Shown here: positions 49,401-60,415 of the stretch, one piece after another | Layout of the letters: the number at the start of each line of letters is the position of its first letter | Position numbering within the stretch: position 1 is the stretch's first letter | Assembly (NCBI RefSeq): GCF_964213995.1 | Contig: NC_135813.1 | Span: 61,070,001 to 61,134,000 of the forward strand | Reading direction: 5' to 3' | DNA length: 64,000 bases | DNA from: Mustelus asterias | Taxonomy: Eukaryota | Translations under genes and position numbers: made by a program | The notes under the pieces: generated by a model | Told to the model about the DNA's origin: nothing | The model's input: only the letters and a program-made list of their open reading frames with translations | Databases searched by the model: none

Positions 49401-52400
49401 AGAGTGCAAAGGCCCGCAGCGCTGGGGCATCTGGCTGCCTGGAATGTGATTCACAAAACTTTAGCATGAAGCTGCAAGTGATTAGGAAAGCAACTGCAAT
49501 GTTGTCACTTATTGCAAGTGGGATGGAATGTAAGAGTAGAGAAGATTCGCTACAAAGAGCTCATCTGAAGCACTTTCCTGTTGGCACGTGTACCTCAGAA
49601 CGGATACAAGAGCACCAGCGACAGTTCGGAGAAAGGTTCACCCATCAGATGAAAGAGATATCATATAGGGAAAGGTTGGACAGGTTGGACCTGTAGCCAT
49701 TAGTGTTTAGAAGAACTAGAGGTGATCCTGCTGAAACGCCTACGATCCGGAGGGGAATTGAGATGGTGAACGCTGAGGAAGTGCCTTCCCTCGAAAGAGA
49801 CTAGAAGGAGGGGACATGAATTAAAATAAGAGGTTTTCCACTTGAGATGGAGATAAAGAGCATTTCATTCTCTGTGAGAACCATTAGCCTATGGAACTCT
49901 CTTTACCAGAGATATCCCATCGTGAATGGTGGTGGATAATTAAACAACTGACTGGAGGAGAAGACATCACAAATTTCTCCATCCTCAATGAGCAGTGAAA
50001 AAGATATGGCTAAAGCATTCGCAAAAATCGTCTGTCACATGTGCCAAGTGGATGATCCATCTTGGGCTTCTACAAAATGGTCAGTATCACGGATCTCAAT
50101 CTTCAGTGAATTCAATTCGCTCCACGTGATATCAAGAAGTGCCCGAATGTGTTGGATACTGCAAAGGCTTTGGGCTCCAACAATATTCTATCGACAGTCC
50201 TGACGACTTGTGCTCCAAACGATGCGACGCCGCCCGTCAAGTTGTTTCAGTACATCTACAACACTGGCAACTACCCGGCATTGTAGAAAATTGCCCATTT
50301 ATGTCCTCTACGCAAAAAGAAAGGCAACACCAACTTTATTCGTTCGTCATCAGGCCACTCCAGATCATCAGCAAATTGATGGAAGAGTTCATTAACAGCG
50401 CAATGAAACGGCAGGAACATAGCAGGAACCTACTCTCTGGCACATAGTTTGGATTCCGCTAGTCACTCAGCGCCTCACTTCATTACAGCCTTGGGTCAAA
50501 CATGGACAAGAGTAGTTGAATGCCGGATGTGAAGTGACTGCCTTTGACGTCAAGGCAGCACATGTGGAATTAAGGAGCCCGAGCAAGACTGGAGTCAATT
50601 AGAATCAGAGGGAAAACTCTATGCTGCTTGGAGTCATACCTGGCACAGAGGAAGAGTGTTGTGGTGGTTAGAGTTCAATCATCTAATTTGCAAACTTCAC
50701 TGCAGGAGTTTCTCAAGATGCTGTCCAAGGCCCAACCATCTTCAGCTGCTCTATCAATGACCTTCCTTGCATCATAATGTCAGCAATGATCGCACAGTGT
50801 ACAGTATCATACCCGCATCCTCAGAGGCTGAAGCCGTCCATGTCCAAATGCAGTAAGCTCTGGACAATATCCAAGTTTGTGTTGACAAGTGGCAAGTAGT
50901 GCCAGGAAATGACCATCTCCAACAACACAGAATCTAACCATTGTCCCTTGACATTCAATGGTATTGCCATCAATGTCGACATCCTGAGGGCGACCATTGA
51001 CCAGAAACTGAAGTGGTCTTGACATTTAAATATGGTGGCTACAACAGCAGGTCAGAGGTTATGAATCCTGTAGCAAGTATCCCACTTCCTGACTAGCCAA
51101 ACCTGTCCACCATCTGCGAGGCACAAGTCAGGAGTGTGATGGAATACTTTGCACTAGCCAGGAGAATGCAGCTTCTATAACTTTCAAGAAGCTCACACCA
51201 TCCAGGACAACACTTGACTGGCACCGCTTCCACAAACTCCCTCCGCCACGATGAACAGTGGCAGCAGTGTGTACCATCTGCAAGATGCACTGCAAAAACC
51301 CATCCAGGCTCCATGGGAAGCATCTTACAAAGTCACATCGCAACCATCCAGAAGGACAAAGGCAGCAGGCACATGGGAACACCACTACCTTAGCGCTTTC
51401 CTCCAAGTCATTCGCAATCTGACATGGGGATGTATTGCTTACCTAGACCACAGGGACTGCGCTGATTCAGCAAAGCAGTTCACCACCATCATCTCGAGGG
51501 CAATTAGCGGTGAGCAATAAATGCTGGTCTCGCCAGCGATGCCCACATCCACGTAAAAAAATGCAGAATTCGATAGATTCCTGATTGAAAAGGGATCCAA
51601 AGAGTATAGGGGTGGACAAGAATGTCGGGTCGAGCCCACGGTCACATCAGCCACGATCTTAGGCCTAATCTTCGTTTCAATTCATATGATCGTATGATTC
51701 GTATTTGCGCCCTTTTTAACTACTTTTATCCAATCAAATTTCTGAACCTTCGGATCCATTAATGTGGCACTGGCAGCATTATCTTTAGTGAATGAGGCAG
51801 GAAAGAAAGTGATAGTAAAACATTCAGTGACACTGGGTTCTTACTGCTTCTAATCATTCGGATTCCCTGATATGATGGACATTCACCACTGAAAAAATAA
51901 TCATCCGAATTAATTGACAATACCTGAAGAGAATATTCTGAAAACGACTGTCATATCCGAATCCCTATTTTCGAAGTGTCCACGTATTTTGCCAGGAATT
52001 GATATTTTGAGATATTTTAACCGCAAATACACTTCATGTAATAACACGGTCCTTGGTGTACCAAGTGCAATATTGCCATCTGCTGGTTCAGCCGCAAAAA
52101 GCGCGCAGGTTCATTGGGATGCGTTCTGGAATTTTTTCATCTATTGTACGTAGTACAATAGAAAGCAGGGGGAATGAAATGACAATTATAACATAAAATT
52201 CTGGATAAATTCAGGAGATCTGGTCGCACTTGTGAGGAGAGAAACACAATTTCTGCATAAGGGTAATTTGCACTGCCGTGTTCGGTGAAACAGTGTTCAG
52301 TCTCTAATAAATTAAGCCTTAATCTCATCAGTTGTTTTATCATGAATTTCAAACGTTTCGAAGTCAGGTGCAGGCACAGCCTCAAACAAGGGAGCAGGAA

Positions 52401-55400
52401 CGAACACTGTAAAGCATGGCGGACGCTGTAGTCCGGCGACGAATTACCGGATTAGCATTGCAGAGTCCTGGAACAAGCAATGATTCTAAATCCCACCATG
52501 GTATTTGGCAATAAGTCTTGAACACATTACTTATAATAATGTTAACCATGAAACCACTGAATTGCTGAAAAAAACATTCGCTTCATTAACATCATTCCGG
52601 GCAGGAAATCTGGCATCCTTACTGAGTACATATGTGACTCCACGTTTTCCGTCGCGAAAAAGATACAGAAATCTGAGGACACGTACCAACCAACTTAAGA
52701 ACAGCTTCTTACCTGCTGCCCTCAGAATTTTGAATGGACCTGCCTCGCATTAAGTTGATGTTTCTCTACACCCCAGCTATGACTGCAACACTACATTTTG
52801 CACACTCTCCTTTCCTTCTCTATGAACGGTATGCTTTGTCTGTATAGCATGTAAGAAACAACACTTGTCACTGTATACTAATATATAAGACAATAATAAA
52901 TCAAATCAAATCAAATCAAAAACATTTGTGCTAATAGGGAAACGTGCGCAATACGTGGCCAGCCATGTCAGCAGTGGCATTGATGATGAACCTCCTGATC
53001 CGATTGGTTTACGTGTTACAGAAAGAGCCGGTTCACCTGAGATGATTCTAAAAATAACAGCATGGTAAGGCCAAAGCGGCAGTGGCGCAAGTTTTCTTTT
53101 CAATTATGGAGGTAGTTACAGATGAGAATTAGAGGCCAGGAGTGAATGAGTTTGGGGGATGGAGAGGCGAACATCAGAGCGCATGTACAACCTCGCAGAA
53201 AGCAAGAACACAACTGGTGCCATGCTGAAAACATATTATTTATATAAATTGGAAAGATTTGAGGCCACAGCACTGATCATTGTAGAACATCACCCCTTAT
53301 ATCTTGCCAATCACAAAATTGTCCCTTTTGCCTACTCTCTGCTTCCTGTTCGCTCGCAAATTTTCTGTCCATGACCCCACACGATAAACTCTCCTTTTCC
53401 GCAATACCCTTTGTTGTGACATCCTATTAAATGCTTACTGAAAATCACAGTACATCCACGTGCTCCCCTTCATTCCCAGCACGTTACTTCTTCAAACCAC
53501 TCCAGTAAATTGGCTGAACATGATTTCTCTTTGACAAAACTGTGTTGGCTCTATCTGATTACCGTGATTTTAATTATGTGTCCTGCAATCAAATCTTTAA
53601 TAACCGCTGCTAACATTTTCCTTATATGTCACATGCTCAGCTAACTGGTGTTGTTCAGCTAACATGTGTTGTTTCCTGCTATAGGTTTCTTTTTCCTATT
53701 GCATTAAAGTGCTACATTCGCTGTTTTCCAATCTAATGGACGCTTCCCAGAAACTGGAGAATATTGGAACATTAAAACCAGCCCATCAATTGTCTCATTT
53801 GTCAGTTCTTTTAAGACCTTCGGGTGAAATCCATCAGGACCTGAGGACTTATCAGCCCACATCTTCAACAACTTTCTTGGCGTAATTTCCCTGACGATTC
53901 TAATTTTCTTGAGTCCTTCTCTTCCATTTCCTGCTCCACAGCTATTTCTGTGATGCAACTTGTATCCTCCACAGTGAAGACTGAAGCAAAACGCCTGTTG
54001 TCTTCATCTGCAATCTTTTTGTTTGCTACAAATTCCCCAGACTCAATTTCTATCGAACTGTCGCCAACTCTATTAACGGTTTTCTTTTTTTATCGTGTAA
54101 CTTTACAATTTTAAGTTGATTTATTAGTGTCACGAGTTGGCGTACATTAGCACTGCAATACATAACTGTGAAATCTCCCAGTCGCCACACTCCTGCACCT
54201 GTTCGGATACACTGAGGGAGAATTGGCACCAAAGGCAAGAAATAACTGAAAAAACACAGAATATTCGGGAAACAAATCAGCTGGTCTGGAAGCACCTGTG
54301 GAGACAGAAACAGAGTGAAAATGGCACCTCCAAAGGTGCCAGATGAAAATATACGCGATGAGTTTTGTTGACCTGAAATTCACTGAAAGGGTACAGGAAA
54401 CCGATCCAATTAAAACTTCAAGATGAAAATTGGATACATTCATGAAACCGATGTCTGCATGAAATGCTAATAGGGCACTGGAGTGCGATTACTTGGATAG
54501 CTCTTTCAAAGCGTACAGTGGGTCAATGGCATTTTTTGTGTTGTATTCTTCTGTGAAATGGTTGGGAACTGAGCTCAATACAAGGTTACTAAGACATTTT
54601 TCAATTGTGTTTCCCTTTGGAGAGAGGCAGATATTTATCCATTCTATTTACACATATTTTTCCTGAGCTGGTGACATAGAGTTGCATAGCCTGTTGTTGT
54701 GATCAGGAATGCAGAGTTTAAATGATGACGGAGCAGATTCAGAAGTCTCTTCTGAAGGTTAATGGAACTTACATGTGAAGCTAAGAACAATTGAAAGATT
54801 GTGGCGAGAGAATGTCTTGGATTAACTGGCCATCGTCACTTCTCTTTGCTTCTATCCTAAACAATTGTTCATTGATCCTGAGTCTAAACCCCCGTGTTCT
54901 GGATTTCACAGCCAGGGCAAACATCCGGCTGGTCTCTTCAGTTGCAAGGACACGATCTTTCGGATAGTCGGTTCGTCTGCTCCGCCAACTCACCTCCCTG
55001 CTCATGCTGTCTGCTCCGCAGCCATTGGACATATCTTGGGGACAGAAATCGGGCAAATGCAAGACATGCACATCCTTCTGCGGAGGAGTTACCGCCTTAG
55101 AGGCCTGACGGCCAACCGTATGTGCAGCAACTCTGTCGGTTCGAGCGGTGGCGACACCTCGGGTTACAACCGGTCTCCAAAGACGGAATCTAATGTAAGC
55201 CAAATGAAGTAGGTCCTTGGAGCTTCGGTGGAGTCGAGTTGACAAACCCTACCGAGGGGAGTGAGGGAGTGGGGTGTTACAGCCGGTCTCCAATGACGAA
55301 ATCTAATGTCGGCCAAATGAGAAAGATTCTTGGAGCTTTGGTGGGGCCGAGGGAAGTGAGGGGAGGGGGGTGTTCCCCTCGCCCGACACCAACACTCAGT

Positions 55401-55905
55401 TCCGGCTGTTAGCTTAGTGCCCTGGCATAATCCGGCCCCAGCCAGGGGAATAATTGTAATGCGGACAGGATGAAGCACTTGAGTGACTCTTAATAGGTCA
55501 TTTAAGGGCCTCAATAGGCTCAGAGGTGCGCGCACCACGCAACAAATTTGTTCTTCCCAATAGTTGGAGGAGATTTCTAATCATCACAGTTGAACAGTTC
55601 AGTGAGGCGATAGTGAGATAGAGCTCAGAGTGCATAAAAGTCCTGATGTGATTCAGATGATGCCTACAAGGGGGGGGGGCATGTGGATTGGAAAAAGAAT
55701 GGAGGCCAGGGACAAATTATTGACTTGCTAGCATGGGAGCAGGAAGAGAAGACATTGCAGGCAAATCTGTGGATATTATTTAATAAATAATAATGGAACC
55801 AGATCCCGAGAATAGGCCCAAGCAACCAATCAACGATGGAGAATTGTTGGATCGTGTGTTGAATCTTGTCAAAGACAGACGCCAGTCCGAAAAGAATGAG
55901 CAGAA

Positions 55906-56256
55906 GGGTGGCACGGTGGCACAGTTGTTAGCACTGCTGCCTCACAGCGCCAGGGACCCGGTTTCGATTCCCAGCTTGGGTCATTGTCTGTGCGGAGTCT
56001 GCACGTTCTCCCTGTGTCTGCGTGGGCTTACTCCGGGTGCTCCGGTTTCCTCCCATAGTCCGAAAGACATGCTGGTTCGATGCATTGGCCATGCTAATTT
56101 CTCCCTCAGTGTATCCGTACAGGCGCCGGAGTGTGGCGACTAAGGATTCTCACAGTAATTTCATTGCAGTTACTGAGGTAAGTTGTAGCTGTAGTTGTAA
56201 GCCTACTTGTGACAACAATAAAGAAACTGTAAAAAAACTTTAAAACTTTAAAAAAC
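55906..56256 (+). mobile_element. V-SINE, paralogous copy in period 3 (better B box GGTTTCGATTCC at 55960-55971)
   Basis: Same insertion site; independently decayed. Confidence 0.85.
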
Positions 56257-57117
56257 AGTAATAGTTTGCTATCTTTATAGTTGAATAGAATGTAACTTTG
56301 ATAACGGTCAGATCAGTATTGTGGCAGAAGCAGAAACTCGATTGTGGGAATTCAATGCTGGAGTTGTGTGAATGATAGCATGGATTTGGGGTTGGCAATG
56401 CCTTCAAGTAGTTCAGAGAGGAAATGTTAACTGAAGATCGGCAGTAATTTACAAGGACAGAGGAAGAAGGCTGTTTTCAAGGAGAAGTTTGATGGTAATT
56501 GGTGTGAAAGTTTAAGAGTACCTGAGGAGAGATAGCAGTCAAAGCTATCAGCGAAAGTGGGGGAAAGAAAAGGAAGTTGGATGGTCAGTATTTTAGTGGA
56601 AACATAGTCAACATGGGTCTAATGGAAAAAAATGAGTTGCGAAAGCGAATGAGGGGATATATGAGAAACAAATCCGATTCAACTATGATGCATGCCAAGT
56701 AGTGCCTCCTCATTTCATTCCTAAATAGCTTCGCTCTAATGAAAGAGTGTACCCGATTGTTTCTGGATTGTGTTATTAGTGGAAATGATTTCTCTGGACC
56801 TATCCTATCACACTCGTTAATCATTTTAAATACGTCGATTAGTATAGAGTGAAGGGGAAGGCAGACAATGAGTTGCCTTGAGTGATTTAGCACAAAAGTG
56901 TTACTATTCCAATCTGTATTCTCATTCAGGGTTTTAACTCTCTTCACTATAAGCACCCGGTTTAGCAAAGCCACACAAATTGTTGCTTTAGCCATAGCCT
57001 CATATCAATCAAGAAACAAGAGATCCTGAAACATTTTCAACCACTTCTGTGCAAAATACCAGTGTTGGAAATTCAAGCCTTCTCAACTAGATGGTGCCTC
57101 TGGCCGTCTGGATATAA

Positions 57118-57371
57118 TGATGTGGAGATATGGACAATACACATCTCCTTAACCTGTGTTTAATGCTCCCTCCACCCACATTGTCTGTACCTTTAAGACC
57201 TGGCTGGCTGGAGGGATTCGCATTCTAATCAGTACTCTGTAACTTGATTTTGTGCACTGTTTGAGAGCACATTTCCACTCCATGTGACGAAGGAGCAGCG
57301 TTCCGAGAGCTTATGGTATTTGCTACCAAATAAACCTGTTGTACTTTAACCTGGTGTTGTGAGACTTCTTA
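57118..57371 (+). mobile_element. Penelope-like element 3' fragment with a short inverted 5' tag; present only in this copy
   Basis: Empty site ccgtctgtatataa at about 18467-18480 and in period 2; 14-bp TSD ccgtctggatataa (57104-57117) / ccgtctgtgtataa (57372-57385); 3' end tttgctaccaaataaacctgttgtactttaacctggtgttgt shared with the 24965 element. Confidence 0.78.
57280..57316 (+). ncRNA. Degenerate minimal type I hammerhead ribozyme within the PLE pseudo-LTR
   Basis: CCAT-[g]TGACGA-A-GGAGC-agc-GTTCC-GA[g]A-GCTT-ATGG: stem I CCAT/ATGG, stem II GGAGC/GTTCC, palindromic AGCT in place of stem III; two core mutations. Confidence 0.62.
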
Positions 57372-59683
57372 CCGTCTGTGTATAAGGCCGTTCCAAGTAA
57401 GGACAAAATTCAGCATTTCTTGCTGAGCCAGTGTTCCTCCAGCTTATATTGGTATTAAGTATGCTGCCATTATGCAGCATGATCCATATTGTCAGAACAT
57501 GCTCTTGACTCCATCTACCCTCAGGTGCACTATTTTAAGATACTGCTTCCATGATCCTTGCTAAAATAAAAGTGTTTATTTTTTTATTACTGGATTGTAA
57601 CTCTGGAAATATCTGATTTTCTTTTAGTGTGTGAGGTGAGGCGCTCTCGTACGAGATTCACCAGGATGTTGCCTGGGCTGTGGTTATTTTTCGTAGAGCA
57701 GAGAAAGCTGAGGTGTTAGCTCATCGAGCTTCACAAAACTATGCACGATATAGATAGGAAGAAACCTTTCGCCTCAATAGAGGGGTCAATAACCAGGGGG
57801 CATGGATTTAAGGTAAGGAGCAGGAGATTTAGCGGAGATTTGAAGAAATTCTTCTTCAGCCAGAGGGTGCTGGGAAACTGGAACTCGCTGTCTGAAAGCG
57901 TGCTGGAGGAAGGAACCCTCACGGCATTTAATAAGCATCGTGATGAGGAATTGAAACGTCATTACATACTGGGCTACGGGCCAAGTGCTGATAATTGAAT
58001 TAAAATAGGTTTTTGATGGTCGGCACAGTCATGAAGGGCCTCACTCTGGGCTGGATCCCCCCCTCCAGCTTTAAAGGGCAATACACAGCACGTGTAAGCA
58101 AACGGTCTTCAAAATTGAACACTTCAGCAATTGCTTCACCCTGACGAATCAGCCCTGTACCCATTCATGATACCAAAATATCCGCTGCAATTGTACCGCC
58201 CCGCTCGCCACGGAATCAGAGCGGACGAGGGGCAGACAACGGAAATGTCCCATGACCTCGGGCGGAAATTTGCTGTCTCGATCGAGCGAGGCCGTAAACA
58301 TCCCGCAGCTCAGTGTGAAAAACTAAATCCAGCCCTCCAGATGTGATCTGATCAAGGCTGTAGACAACAGAAAGCATTACTTCATCACTTTTTAACTTCA
58401 ATGCCGTTTTGATAAAGGCAGGCATTCTGTTTGATTTCTAATTTACCTTCTGCTCTTGAAGTTTTTAGTGATTTATGTACATGAACACCTAAATCCCTTT
58501 GTTCATTCAAAGCATCTCGCCTCTTAGCTTTAGGTAAATATTTCGAGCTGCTCGCTATCATATCTGGGTCACAGAATCACAGAATTCACTGGACCATTCA
58601 CTTAGTCTATCTATGAAATTCTACCTCAGAGTCAGCCAGCTTTCGGTGCCTTCTTAACTTGATCTGATCTGCCGACATGTTTATGAAACTCTCTAATCCT
58701 CAATTTGATCGGCAAAATGATCTCGTTCCAGAACTGATCCTCAGGAAACTGCATTTGTCACATTCAGCCAACCAGAGAACAAAACCTTGATCAGTACTTT
58801 CTCTCTCCTACCCATAACCAATTCCGGTGCTTTTCCTTCAAATAAATTATTTACTCGTTCTGTCTCTGGGTCTTTTTTATATCTCCCTGTTTCGGACTCA
58901 CTCACGGTGGAAAATCTTTCTCTGTGTTACCGTATCACACTTTCTCCGAACATTACACCTCCGCATCCTCTCCTCTGAGAAAATAGCCCAACAAATTGAT
59001 TTTCCTGGTAGGTATATCGTCCCAATTCCAGCAAAAATCCGGGAAATAGTTTTTGCACTTTCTCATGTCCTACACAATATCATTTTTGAGGTATGTAGAC
59101 CATAGATGAGAACAATTCTATAAAACGCTAATAAATCCCCGAATGTTTTGTTTTGTTCTTCTGGGAGTGCACCAGCACCTTGTTTGCACTTTTTACCAAC
59201 TGCGCAACTTCTTGCTACTTTTAACAATTTATGTCTTGCAAGCCCAAATCGAACTGAAGAAATAAAACAAGAATATGTCAAAGGGATGCCCTGTCGACTT
59301 TGTGATTCGTGTGAAGATGAAGTTTAAAAAAAAAACAGACTTAGTTCTGAGCTGGTTTGAGTCAATGCCTCACTGAAAATGCATCCAGGCAAGTTGACTT
59401 GTTAGTAAATGCCTGCTTCAGTATAATCATTATAGGCCAATTAAAGCAATCGGATAGGTTATTGAAAAAATGACTTGCAGTACCAGAACCTGCATTGTAT
59501 CAGGTGTATTAATAAATGAGGGAGTGACAGAGTTTGCCCTGAATTTTTGTAACCAAGTGGTTTAGAAGTGTCTGCCCCTTTAATGTATTTTTGTAAATCT
59601 CGAGACGCAGTTCAACCCTTTCATTATAATGGCAGAATGTAACACGGTCCATTAAAAAAAAATGTCGCAATGTTACTTCATGG

Positions 59684-59731
59684 TGTTAACTTAATGCCAT
59701 CGATCGTTGTTAACTTAATGCCATCGATCGT
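59684..59731 (+). repeat. Perfect 24-bp tandem duplication private to copy 4
   Basis: tgttaacttaatgccatcgatcgt x2. Confidence 0.93.
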
Positions 59732-59892
59732 CTCCTTGTTGCGCCTGGAAGTCATTGGCTTTAAATAAAATGTGCAGAATATCACAATGATATACTCTCA
59801 CTATTTAATTCCCTTTAGAATGTTGCCATTAATTGCTTATAAGGGGGAGAGAGAGAATAACAGAAGAACGGTCGACATAACGATATAATGAT

Positions 59893-59898
59893 TTTATT
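59893..59898 (-). terminator. Polyadenylation signal AATAAA of gene 4
   Basis: Paralogous to 1740-1745. Confidence 0.78.
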
Positions 59899-60092
59899 AC
59901 ACAGCGAAATCAATAACATTACAATGAAGGTTTGCTCCATTCAGGGTGAACACAGTTAATTTGAAACTAAGGGAATCAGCCGATCTGCTACAAACTGTGA
60001 TGAAATGTTTGAAATGTTCCACTATTTGCGGAATTTATTTTGAATTGGCACTTTACTAACGGCAGAATACAAGAATGCATTAGATGCATGAA

Positions 60093-60415
60093 TCAGATAC
60101 AGTTGGATCTCGAGATGCTTGTTTGAAGCGGGTTTGCTTGAGTCTCGTGTTTGACCACACAGGAGTAAACCTCGTGTGAGTTCCACTCTGAGGCTGACAG
60201 AGTCAGATAACTGCTCACACTGAACGTGTTGTCCGCCTGCTGCTGGATCCGACTGGTCTCAACCCCATCCCCCCGGACGCTGCCATCTACAGCCCATTCA
60301 ATGTCCGCAGCTCCTGGGTTAAAACCGCTCACCAAACACACCAGGGTCGCCGTGTTCTTCGCTGTGATTTGATCCGATGAAGGCGGCAGGACAGACACAA
60401 TGGGGCTCCGTGGAT
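60093..60415 (-). CDS. IGLC: Ig light chain gene 4, constant exon (more diverged paralogue; VJ and leader outside the window)
   Basis: Intact C1-set domain with CAG|AT acceptor and TGA; 10 of 106 aa differ from C1. Confidence 0.94.

Larger units (their letters stand above)
38741..58128. repeat. Tandem segmental duplication, period 3 (19,388 bp); distal ~7 kb clearly more diverged
   Basis: Collinear; mismatch and indel density rises after about 50-51.5 kb. Confidence 0.95.

Noticed and set aside
1-58128. Array as an assembly artefact (false duplication)
   Set aside because: Three young copies plus an older one, each with private insertions with TSDs, indels and coding differences; more than two haplotypes of one locus could supply, though read-depth confirmation is still advisable
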